In this document: positions 48,826 to 60,107 of the stretch, one piece after another | How the letters are laid out: each line of letters begins with the position of its first letter | Numbering within the stretch: position 1 is the stretch's first letter | Source of the DNA: Heterodontus francisci | Lineage: Eukaryota | DNA: 64,000 nt | Assembly: GCF_036365525.1 (NCBI RefSeq) | Contig: NC_090376.1 | Coordinates: forward strand, 1,423,802-1,487,801 | Direction: 5' to 3' | The notes under the pieces: generated by a model | The model's input: the letters and a program-made list of their open reading frames with translations, nothing else | Database searches by the model: none | What the model was told of the DNA's origin: nothing | Translations under genes and position numbers: made by a program

Positions 48826-49900
48826 ATCACAGAATCACAGAATAATACAGTGCAGAAGAGGCCCTTCGGCCCATCGAGTCTGCACCGATGCATTAAAGCC
48901 ACCTGACCTGTCTACCTAATCCCAGCACTTGGCCCATAGCCTTGAATGTTATGACATGCCAAGTGCTCATCCAGGTACTTGTTAAAGGATGTGAGACAAC
49001 CTGCCTCTACCACCCTCCCAGGCAGGGCATTCCAGACCGTCATCACCCTCTGGGTAAAAAAGTTCTTCCTCAAATCCCCCTTAAACCTCCTGCCCCTCAC
49101 CTTAAACTTGTGACCCCTCGTAACTGACCCTTCAACTAAGGGGAACAGCTGCTCCCTCTCCACCCTGTCCATGCCCCTCATAATCTTGTACACCTCGATC
49201 AGGTCACCCCTCAGTCTTCTCTGCTCCAGCGAAAACAACCCAAGCCTATCCAACCTCTCTTCATAGCTTAAATGTTCCATCCCAGGCAACATCCTGGTGA
49301 ATCGCCTCTGCACCCCCTCCAATGCAATCACATCCTTCCTATAATGTGGTGACCAGAATTGCACACACTACTCCAGCTGTGGCCCTACCAAAGTTCTGTA
49401 CAACTCCAACATGACCTCCCTGCTTTTGTAATCTATGCCTCGATTGATAAAGACAAGTGTCCCATATGCCTTTTTCACCACCCTATTAATCTGCCCTTCT
49501 GCCTTCAGAGATCTATGGACAAACACGCCAAGGTCCCTTTGTTCCTCGGAACTTCCCAGTGTCAGGCCATTCATTGAATACTTCCGTGTCACATTACTCC
49601 TTCCAAAGTGTATCACCTCACACTTTTCAGGGTTAAATTCCATCTGCCACTTTTCTGCCCATTTGACCTTCCCGTCTATATCTTCCTGTAACCTAAGACA
49701 CTCCACCTCACTGTTAACCACTCGGCCAATCTTTGTGTCATCTGCAAACTTACTGATCCTACCCCCCACATAGTCATCTGTGTCATTTATCTAAATGACA
49801 AACAATAGGGGACCCAGCACAGATCCTTGTGGTACGCCACTGGACACTGGCTTCCAGTCACAAACAGCCGTCTGTCATCACTCTCTGTCTCCTACAGCTA
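48826..49900 (-). mobile_element. Young 5'-truncated CR1
   Basis: ISKFADDTKIG..QFWSPHYRKD..WNALP; (gattctgt)n tail. Confidence 0.92.
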
Positions 49901-50147
49901 AGGTACACAGACAGCCCTAGGTACACAGACACACCCCCTCCCCTCCCCACCCCCCCAGGGTAACCATGCAGTAAACACAAGGGAATACAAGCTGAGACTA
50001 TGCAAGCTGTTCTTATAACTTAACTCTTTTAGCCCTGGTATCATTCTATGCTGCACCCCCTCCATGGCCAATATATCCTTCTTGAGGTGCAGTCCCCAGA
50101 ACAGCTCAATTACACTCTGGATGGATTGTAATCTGCATTTGCCCCAC

Positions 50148-50305
50148 CTGGCATTCTCGAACAGCTTGACGGTGAGGAGTGTGTCCTCCATTGTCTTGTT
50201 GACTAAAGTGTTGATGCTGGATACGAAGAAGTTGATGGCTCCAAGCAATGTCTCCCCATTCTTACATAGCAGCTTCTGAGTCTCAGCATTGTATCCAAAC
50301 TCCTC
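50148..50305 (-). CDS. ARFIP2: Arfaptin-2 coding exon (158 nt, BAR/AH domain)
   Basis: cacag|[54 protein letters not shown]|gtgggg. Confidence 0.97.
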
Positions 50306-50340
50306 CTGTGTGAGGGGAGGGAACAGAGACACCCCAGAGT

Positions 50341-51135
50341 CAGCAAGCGGAATGCGGACACCCCCGGGGCCAGCAAGCGGAGCGCGGACACCCCCGGGGC
50401 CAGCAAGCGGAGCGCGGACACCCCCGGGGCCAGCAAGCGGAGCGCGGACACCCCCGGGGCCAGCAAGCGGAGCGCGGACACCCCCGGGGCCAGCAAGCGG
50501 AGCGCGGACACCCCCGGGGCCAGCAAGCGGAGCGCGGACACCCCCGGGGCCAGCAAGCGGAGCGCGGACACCCCCGGGGCCAGCAAGCGGAGCGCGGACA
50601 CCCCCGGGGCCAGCAAGCGGAGCGCGGACACCCCCGGGGCCAGCAAGCGGAGCGCGGACACCCCCGGGGCCAGCAAGCGGAGCGCGGACACCCCCGGGGC
50701 CAGCAAGCGGAGCGCGGACACCCCCGGGGCCAGCAAGCGGAGCGCGGACACCCCCGGGGCCAGCAAGCGGAGCGCGGACACCCCCGGGGCCAGCAAGCGG
50801 AGCGCGGACACCCCCGGGGCCAGCAAGCGGAGCGCGGACACCCCCGGGGCCAGCAAGCGGAGCGCGGACACCCCCGGGGCCAGCAAGCGGAGCGCGGACA
50901 CCCCCGGGGCCAGCAAGCGGAGCGCGGACACCCCCGGGGCCAGCAAGCGGAGCGCGGACACCCCCGGGGCCAGCAAGCGGAGCGCGGACACCCCCGGGGC
51001 CAGCAAGCGGAGCGCGGACACCCCCGGGGCCAGCAAGCGGAGCGCGGACACCCCCGGGGCCAGCAAGCGGAGCGCGGACACCCCCGGGGCCAGCAAGCGG
51101 AGCGCGGACACCCCCGGGGCCAGCAAGCGGAGCGC
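50341..51135. repeat. Near-perfect 30-bp GC-rich VNTR (cagcaagcggagcgcggacacccccggggc), about 26.5 units
   Basis: 25 identical units plus variant terminal units; 4 CpG per unit. Confidence 0.97.
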
Positions 51136-51205
51136 AGACAGCCCATAAAATGTGCCCACATGCCTTTCTTGTGCCCACGCCCACCTCCCCATGCTCATCG
51201 TGTAC

Positions 51206-51427
51206 CTGGAGCTCTGGCGATTTCTGGCTGAGATCAGAGAAAGTCTCTCCCAAGGCCCGCTGTGTCTGCACCATGTTGTAGAAATGATTGGTGAGGGCAC
51301 GAGCGAGACGCAGCACGTTCTCATATTTCCTCTTTGTGTCACGTAGGAGTTCAATCTGTGCTTCCAGCTGGAGGTCCACCGTCCGAGACCCTCGACCAAA
51401 CCTCTCTGAGATTAACTGCTTCGTGCA
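51206..51427 (-). CDS. ARFIP2: Arfaptin-2 coding exon (222 nt)
   Basis: ctgcag|[45 protein letters not shown]|gtacac. Confidence 0.97.
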
Positions 51428-52049
51428 CTGCAGATACGACCAAACATAATGTCTGTGCCACTAGAGTATTTACAGCAGCTCCGGCTTACACATTCACACT
51501 GAACAATATCAGGACACACTCAGCTCCCAGAGTAGCAAATTATAGACAGATTTACTGCACAGGCGCAAAGTATTCCTGGCTTCAGGAATCTGAACCTTTG
51601 ACCTCAGGGTCAGTGTTTGTACCACACAAGCCAGAAGGATGGAGTTGTACTGCTGCTTATCATCAGCACTGGGGTTTTAGTATGACAGCAAGGGAGTGGC
51701 TTGATTACACTCAGAAAATACCTAGAATCTATCGTTCCAAATGAGTCCAGAGAAAGCAATTTGAGCAACATAACACTGGGGTACAGTACTGGCAACTGCA
51801 GGTCTGTCAATCCCAGGTGGGGGTTGGGGGGGGGGCGAGGAGAAAGAGCGTACAGGTCCGTGCCAACCTCGAGGTGCAAGCGGGGTGTTTGTGGGGAGAT
51901 AGGGGAGGGGAGAGGGGTGGATACGGGCCCATGTCTAACAGTGGGGACAAGGATGAGTGGGTACAGGTCCATGTTTAACAATGGCAAGGGGAGGGTGGGG
52001 GGGGGGGGAAGACTGGTGAGATAAGGGTTACTGGTCCATTTAACACTGG

Positions 52050-52838
52050 GGACTGGGGGAGTGGTCACAGGTCTGTGTCTGATACTGGTGGGGGGGGGGG
52101 GGGTCACAGGTCTGTGTCTGATACTGGTGGGGGGGGGGGGGTCACAGGTCTGTGTCTGATACTGGGAGGGGGGGGGGTCACAGGTCTGTGTCTGATACTG
52201 GGAGGGGGGGGGGGTCACAGGTCTGTGTCTGATACTGGGAGGAGGGGGGTCACAGGTCTGTGTCTGATACTGGGGGGGAGGGCGGTCACAGGTCTGTGTC
52301 TGATACTGGGGGGGTCGGTCACAGGTCTGTGTCTGATACTGGGAGGAGGGGGGTCACAGGTCTGTGTCTGATACTGGGGGGAGGGGGGTCACAGGTCTGC
52401 GTCTGATACTGGGGGGAGGGCGGTCACAGGTCTGCGTCTGATACTGGGGGGAGGGCGGTCACAGGTCTGCGTCTGATACTGGGGGGAGGGCGGTCACAGG
52501 TCTGTGTCTGATACTGGGGGGAGGGGGGTCACAGGTCTGTGTCTGATGCTAGGGGGGTCGGTCACAGGTCTGTGTCTGATACTGGGGGGAGGGGGGTCAC
52601 AGGTCTGTGTCTGATACTGGGGGGGGTCGGTCACAGGTCTGTGTCTGATACTGGGAGGAGGGGGGTCACAGGTCTGTGTCTGATGCTGGGGGGGGTCGGT
52701 CACAGGTCTGTGTCTGATACTGGGAGGAGGGGGGGTCACAGGTCTGTGTCTGATACTGGTGGGGGGGGGGGGTCACAGGTCTGTGTCTGATACTGGTGGG
52801 GGGGGGGGGTCACAGGTCTGTGTCTGATACTGGGGGGA
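52050..52838. repeat. ~29-37-bp minisatellite gtcacaggtctgtgtctgatactg(g)n, left part
   Basis: Direct inspection. Confidence 0.93.
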
Positions 52839-55800
52839 GGTTTTGTGGGAACGAGAGAGACTCACGGTTGGTGTGTTGCCTCCCAGGTGCCAGGGTACGT
52901 GATGTCTCGGATCGTGTTTTTGGGATCCTCAAGGGGGAGGGGGAGCAGCCCCAAGTCGTGGTACACATAGGCACCAACGACATAGGTAGGAAGACAGATG
53001 GGGAGTTAAGGCAGAAATTCAGGGAGCTAGGGTGGAAGCTTAGAGCGAGAACAAACAGAGTTGTTATCTCTGGGTTGTTGCCCGTGCCACGTGCTAGCGA
53101 AGTGAGGAATAGGGAGAGAGAGGAGTTGAACACGTGGCTGCAGGGATGGTGTAGGAGGGAGGGTTTTGGTTTCCTGGATAATTGGGGCTCTTTCTGGGGT
53201 AGGTGGGACCTCTACAAACAGGATGGTCTTCACCTGAACCAGAGGGGTACCAATATCCTGGTGGGGGGGAGATTTGCTAGTGCTCTTCGGGGGGTTTAAA
53301 CTAATTCAGCAGGGGGATGGGAACCTAAATTGTAGTTCCAGTGTGCAGGATGTTGAGAGTAGTGAGGGCAGAGATAAGGTTATAAGGACACAAGAGGGCA
53401 CTGGCAAGCAAGAACCTGGTTTAAAATGTGTCTACTTCAATGCCAGGAGCATCCGGAATAAGGTGGGTGAGCTTGCAGCATAGGTTGGTACCTGGGATCT
53501 CGATGTTGTGGCCATTTCAGAGACATGGGTAGAGCAGGGACAGGAATGGATGTTGCGGGTTCCGGGATTTAGATGTTTCACTAAGAACAGAGAAGAGGGT
53601 AAAAGAGGGGGGGGTGTGGCATTGTTAATCAAGGAAAGTATTACAGCGGCAGAAAGGACGTTTGAGGACTCGTCTACTGAGGTAGTATGGGCCGAGGTTA
53701 GAAACAGGAGAGGAGAGGTCACCCTGTTGGGAGTTTTCTATAGACCTCCAAATAGTTCCAGAGATGTAGAGGAAAGGATAGCAAAGATGATTCTTGACAG
53801 GAGCGAGAGTAACAGGGTAGTGGTTATGGGGGACTTTAACTTTCCAAATATTGACTGGAAATACTATAGTTCGAGTACTTTAGATGGGTCTGTTTTTGTC
53901 CAGTGTGTGCAGGAGGGTTTTCTGACACAATATGTAGACAGGCCAACCAGGGGCGATGCCACATTGGATTTGGTACTGGGTAATGAACCCAGCCAGGTGT
54001 TAGATTTAGAAGTTGGTGAGCACTTTGGTGATAGTGATCACAATTCGGTTAGGTTTACCCTAGCGATGGGCAGGGACAGGCATATACAGCAGGGCAAGAA
54101 TTATAGCTGGGGGAAAGGAAATTATGATGCGATTAGGCAAGATTTAGGATGCGTAGGATGGGGAAGGAAACTGCAGGGGATGGGCACAATCGAAATGTGG
54201 AGCTTATTCAAGGAGCAGCTACTGCGTGTCCTTGATAAGTATGTACCTGTAAGGCAGGGAGGAAGTTGTCGAGCGAGGGAGCCGTGGTTTACTAAAGAAG
54301 TTGAAGAGCTTGTCAAGAGGAAGAAGGCGGCTTATGTTAGGAGGAGACGTGAAGGCTCAGTTAGGGCGCTTGAGAGTTACAAGCTAGCCAGGAAGGATCT
54401 AAAGGGAGAGATAAGAAGAGCAAGGAGAGGACACGAGAAGTCATTGGCGGATAGGATCAAAGAAAACCCTAAGGCTTTCTATAGGTATATCAGGAATAAA
54501 AGAATGACTAGAGATAGGTTAGGGCCAATCAAGGATAGTAGTGGGAAGTTGTGTGTGGAATCGGAGGAGATAGGGGAAGTGTTAAATGAATATTTTTCGT
54601 CAGTATTTACAGTGGAGAAAGAAAATGTTGTCGAGGAGAATACTGAGATACAGACTACTAGGCTAGATGGGATTGAGGTGCACAAGGAGGAGGTGTTAGC
54701 AATTTTGGAAAGTGTGAAAATAGATAAGTCCCCTGGGCCAGATGGGATTTATCCTCGGATTCTCTGGGAAGCCAGGGAGGAGATTGCAGAGCCTTTGTCC
54801 TTGATTTTTATGTTGTCATTGTCGACAGGAATAGTGCCGGAAGACTGGAGGATAGCAAATGTTGTCCCCTTGTTCAAGAAGGGGAGTAGAGACAGCCCTG
54901 GTAATTATAGACCTGTGAGCCTTACTTCGGTTGTGGGTAAAATGTTGGAAAAGGTTATAAGAGATAGGATTTATAATCATCTTGAAAAGAATAAGTTCAT
55001 TAGAGATAGTCAGCACGGTTTTGTGAAGGGTAGGTCGTGCCTCACAAACCTTATTGAGTTTTTTGACAAGGTGACCAAACAGGTGGATGAGGGTAAAGCC
55101 GTGGATGTGGTCTATATGGATTTCAGTAAGGCGTTTGATAAAGTTCCCCACGGTAGGCTATTGCAGAAAATACAGAAGTATGGGATTGAAGGTGAATTAG
55201 TGCTTTGGATCAGAAATTGGCTAGCTGAAAGAAGACAGAGGGTGGTGGTTGATGGTAAATGTTCATCCTGGAGTATAGTTTCTAGTGGTGTACCACAAGG
55301 ATCTGTTTTGGGGCCACTGCGGTTTGTCATTTTTATAAATGACCTGGATGAGGGTGTCGAAGGGTGCGTTAGTAAATTTGCGGATGACACGAAGGTCGGT
55401 GGAGTTGTGGATAGTGCCGAAGGATGTTGTAGGTTACAGAGGGACATAGATAGGCTGCAGAGCTGGGATGAGAGATGGCAAATGGAGTTTAATGCGGAAA
55501 AGTGTGAGGTGATTCACTTCGGAAGGAGTAACAGGATTGCAGAATACTGGGCTAATGGGAAGATTCTTGGTAGTGTAGATGAACAGAGAGATCTTGGTGT
55601 CCAGGTACATAAATCCCTGAAAGTTGCCACCCAGGTTAAAAGAGCTGTTAAGAAGGCATATGGTGTGTTAGCTTTTATTAGTGGGGGGATCGAGTTTAGG
55701 AGCCACGAGGTCATGCTGCAGCTGTACAGAACTCTGGTGCGGCCGCACCTGGAGTATTGCATGCAGTTCTGGTCACCGCATTATAGGAAGGATGTGGAAG

Positions 55801-56270
55801 CTTTGGAAAAGGTGCAGAGGAGATTTACTAGGATGTTGCCTGGTATGGAGGGAAGGTCTTACGAGGAAAGGCTGAGGGACTTGAGGTTGTTTTCGTTAGA
55901 GAGGAGGAGGAGAAGAGGTGACTTAATAGAGACATATAAGATAATCAGAGGGTTGGACAGGGTGGATAGTGAGAGTCTTTTTCCTCGGATGGTGATGGCA
56001 AACACGAGGGGACATAGCTTTAAGTTGAGGGGTGATAGATATAGGACAGATGTCAGAGGTAGTTTCTTTACACAGAGAGTAGTAGGGGCGTGGAACGCCC
56101 TGCCTGCAACAGTAGTAGACTCGCCAACTTTAAGGGCATTTAAGTGGTCATTGGATAGACATATGGATGAAAATTGAATAGTGTAGGTCAGATGGTTTCA
56201 CAGGTCAGCGCAACATCGAGGGCTGAAGGGCCTGTACTGCGCTGTAATGTTCTATGTTCTATCTTCTATG
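52839..56270 (+). mobile_element. Near-intact CR1: 3' part of ORF1 (SGNH esterase-like) and complete ORF2 (APE+RT) with one in-frame stop
   Basis: ORF1 motifs VHIGTND and DGLHLN; ORF2 from ~53290 to 56177 with YFNARS, ISETW, GDFN, SDH, FADDTK; TAG at 53481-53483; ttctatg tail. Confidence 0.96.
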
Positions 56271-57725
56271 TCTGTGTCTGATACTGGGGAGAGGGGGGGC
56301 ACAGGTCTGTGTCTGATACTGGGGGGGGGGGGGTTCACAGGTCTGTGTCTGATACTTGGGGGGGGGGGTCACAGGTCTGTGTCTGATACTGGGGGGAGGG
56401 GGGGTCACAGGTCTGTGTCTGATACTGGGGGGAGGGGGGGTCACAGGTCTGTGTCTGATACTGGGGGGAGTGGGGTCACAGGTCTGTGTCTGATACTGGG
56501 GGGGTGGGTCACAGGTCTGTGTCTGATACTGGGGGGGGTCACAGGTCTGTATCTGATACTGGGGGGGTCACAGGTCTGTATCTGATACTGGGGGGGGGGG
56601 TCACAGGTCTGTATCTGATACTGGGGGGGGTCACAGGTCTGTATCTGATACTGGGGGGGGTCACAGGTCTGTATCTGATACTGGGGGGGGTCACAGGTCT
56701 GTATCTGATACTGGGGGGGGTCACAGGTCTGTATCTGATACTGGGGGGGGTCACAGGTCTGTATCTGATACTGGGGGGGGTCACAGGTCTGTATCTGATA
56801 CTGGGGGGGGGGTCACAGGTCTGTATCTGATACTGGGGGGGGTCACAGGTCTGTATCTGATACTGGGGGGGGTCACAGGTCTGTATCTGATACTGGGGGG
56901 GGTCACAGGTCTGTATCTGATACTGGGGGGGGTCACAGGTCTGTATCTGATACTGGGGGGGGTCACAGGTCTGTATCTGATACTGGGGGGGGTCACAGGT
57001 CTGTATCTGATACTGGGGGGGGTCACAGGTCTGTATCTGATACTGGGGGGGGGTCACAGGTCTGTATCTGATACTGGGGGGGTCACAGGTCTGTATCTGA
57101 TACTGGGGGGGGGTCACAGGTCTGTATCTGATACTGGGGGGGGTCACAGGTCTGTATCTGATACTGGGGGGGGGTCACAGGTCTGTATCTGATACTGGGG
57201 GGGGGGTCACAGGTCTGTATCTGATACTGGGGGGGGTCACAGGTCTGTATCTGATACTGGGGGGGGGGTCACAGGTCTGTATCTGATACTGGGGGGGGTC
57301 ACAGGTCTGTATCTGATACTGGGGGGGGTCACAGGTCTGAATCTGATACTGGGGGGGGGTCACAGGTCTGTATCTGATACTGGGGGGGGGTCACAGGTCT
57401 GTATCTGATACTGGGGGGGGTCACAGGTCTGTGTCTGATACTGGGGGGGGTCACAGGTCTGTGTCTGATACTGGGGGGGGGTCACAGGTCTGTGTCTGAT
57501 ACTGGGGGGGTGGGTCACAGGTATGTGTCTGATACTGGGGGGGTGGGTCACAGGTATGTGTCTGATACTGGGGGGAGGGGGGTCAGGTCTGTGTCTGATA
57601 CTTGGTGGGGGGGGGGGGTCACACGTCTGTGTCTGATACTGGGGGGGGGGGGGGGGAGTGGGGGTCACAGGTCTGTGTGTGATACGGGGGGTGGGGGGGT
57701 CACAGGTCTGTGTATGATACGGGGG
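56271..57725. repeat. Same minisatellite, right part, with a homogeneous gtatctga variant block at ~56540-57410
   Basis: Direct inspection. Confidence 0.93.
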
Positions 57726-57807
57726 GTAGAGGGGGCTGCTGGCTGAAGGTCTGTCTCGGACACTGGGGTACAGTACGAGCTGAGATTGCTCCCAACCTTA
57801 CACTGAC

Positions 57808-57926
57808 CTTGTAGGTGTTGATTCCCCACTTTTTCACAATGTCAAACTTCTCGACGGCAATCCCGCGGGCAGGTTCATCACCGCTCGTGACTGGGCTGCT
57901 CTGGGACTGGTGAATGTTGCTTGACC
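57808..57926 (-). CDS. ARFIP2: Arfaptin-2 coding exon (119 nt, includes the amphipathic helix region)
   Basis: ttccag|[33 protein letters not shown]|gtcagt; [15 protein letters not shown] is the arfaptin-2 form (arfaptin-1 has EKLELVRKWSLNTYK). Confidence 0.95.
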
Positions 57927-59527
57927 CTGGAATAGAATGCACAGCAGAGAGGATGAGAGCAGCGAGCCAGGCAAAGGGCCTTTCGCTCAGTTGCATTGCT
58001 GCTCAGCTCGGCCTTAGAGATTCCTGGAGAGAATGATCCATTCAAGACTGAGAAATAAAGACACAAATCTTTTCCCTCATGGGATTGTTAACCCTTAAAG
58101 AATTGTCACTGTCCTCACACAAACATTCAAACACATGTTTAATCAGACAAACTGCAGTGGGAAGGAGAGCTGCAAACCTAACAGAGTAACACTGCTTCGA
58201 TAAAACATGGCTGTAATCTCCTGCCGCTACCAGGTTTGGTTCAAATTAACGAGCTGAGATAAGTGGATAAGTGGACAAGTGAGGCATGAAGTGGAAAATG
58301 AACACAGGCAGATCACGAAGGGGTAGGCATGTTTCCTTATCGAGGCTGAAGTGCCGGGGTTGAGGGGAGGTGGATTTTACCAGACAGGCACTGCACCCAA
58401 ATATCTGAGTGGCCACAGTCTTTGGAATGAACACACAGGATTGGTCAGGCTGTGACTGGTAATTAGGAAGTTGTTTCATGATGTGCCGGGGAAGGAGATG
58501 TGGGCCACGGAGCTGAGAGCAGCAGAGATTGTGAAGGTGTTGGAGTAATTGCAGATTACAAGGCTGGTGTTTGTAGTCCCACTGACACTGCCGTTTCCCA
58601 TTTACTGAAACCCAGCAGAGCTCTGCCTATTGCAAGGTGAAGGGGAAAGTGGGGAGCAGTCAGTGGACATTTGGGATCAACTGCTGCACTGCAAGTGGGG
58701 TTTAGAATTGATCGCAATCACCAGGAAGGGCAAACAGCCAGGGTTCTTGCTCCCAATAACTATCCAGTGAACCCCTGGGTTAGAGAGAGGAGAAATCAGC
58801 CAGCGTTCCTTCTCCTGATCACTGTCCAGTGATCTGTGCTGCAAAGTGTGAGGCAAAACAATCAGGTACTCTACCTATGTGTGTGAGAGCTTGAGAGTAA
58901 GTGTGTATGGAGTGAGGGAGAGCGAGTGCACGCAAGCGCACACGATTTATTCCATATCAGACAGAGACTCAACCTGTAAGGGGGTCTCAGTCACTTTATT
59001 TGGACATTTGGACATTGTGCCTCTGTTTCAAGGCCTTCAGACACCAAAATAAAAACAAAGCAGAAAAGATCAGAGAAAGTAAAACGAGCATCTTGAGCAG
59101 AGGGGAAAGCAAGTGGGAAAAAGAGCTGGTTTTGGGGGGTGGCGGTGGGGGGGGCGGGTGGTGGAGGGACAGCAGGATGGATATGCACCAGTTTGAGGGG
59201 ATAGGGAGGGGGTTTTCCCCAGTTTGAAGGGGTTGAGGAAGAGGTTTGCACAAGTTTCAGGGGATTGAGGAAGGGGTTTGCACAAGTTTGAGGGGATTGG
59301 GGAGGGGGTGCGCACTGGTTTGGGTTGAGGGTAAAGGAGGGTTTCTGGGGGCAGACCATTGTGGAGAGGAGTAGACAGTGCAGGGATTACTCACCCTGCC
59401 CCCAGGGAAAGCAGAGGATTATTGCAAGGGTAAGTGGAGGTTGCTGCGGGTGGGGGAAGAGGTCAAAGGGTATGTTCCTGCCTTTGGGGTGGAGAGGCAG
59501 GGAAGCAGGTGTGGGCACAGCATGTAC

Positions 59528-59623
59528 CTGGTGAGGTGTCGCCCTGAGAGGCTATCCTGCTGGCTGCTGTACTGCTGGGTGTGATGAGCAGTCCCCATGG
59601 AGTGTGGGCTTTCACAGGAGCGT
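59528..59623 (-). CDS. ARFIP2: Probable 96-nt symmetric (phase 1/1) alternative exon of ARFIP2
   Basis: Long pyrimidine tract..tttccag|AC..CCA G|gtacat; APVKAHTPWGLLITPSSTAASRIASQGDTSP resembles the arfaptin-1 insert VMSPSRVAASRLAQQG. Confidence 0.7.
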
Positions 59624-59739
59624 CTGGAAACAGTGAGAGGGGCAATGGGGAGATGAAGGAAAAAGGATGGGGAGGAAACAAACACCCAACATATCAGAAT
59701 GTAGTAATAATGCTGAGAGTTAACATTGGGCAGCAGCGA

Positions 59740-60100
59740 AGCTGGCAGTTTGACTCAGTGGATATAACTCTCCCTGCCGAGTTAGGTCACGGGTTCAAGT
59801 CTCACTCCAGAGACTTGAGCACGTAATTCAGGGTAACACTCCCAGTGCCGGCACCGAGGGGGCGCCGCACGGTCGGAGGGCCGGCACCGAGGGGGCGCCG
59901 CACGGTCAGAGGGCCGGCACCGAGGGGGCGCCGCACGGTCAGAGGTGCCATCTTCAAATGAGACATTAAACTGAGGCCCTGTCTGCCATCTAAGGTGGGT
60001 GTTGAAGATTCTATGGCAGTATGTGAAAAGGATGAGAATGGTCTTCTCATGTTCTGGTTAATATTCCACCTCAAACAACAAAGAATCAAAAACAGATTCA
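59740..60100 (+). mobile_element. Deu-domain SINE with three GC-shifted 33-bp tandem units (59847-59945)
   Basis: gggttcaagtctcactccagagacttgagcac..ggtgccatcttcaaatgagacattaaactgaggccctgtctg. Confidence 0.72.
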
Positions 60101-60107
60101 TTGGTCT

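Noticed and set aside
35459-57926. Assignment as ARFIP1, since FHDC1 neighbours ARFIP1 in human and some residues ([12 protein letters not shown]) are ARFIP1-like
   Set aside because: [36 protein letters not shown] and KPSWLEEQ are arfaptin-2 forms, and a TIMM10B-like exon is adjacent
58975-59035. Pyrimidine tract plus AG on the minus strand, a possible extra ARFIP2 exon
   Set aside because: The phase-1 reading hits TGA after ~14 codons, the donor is unconvincing and there is no homology
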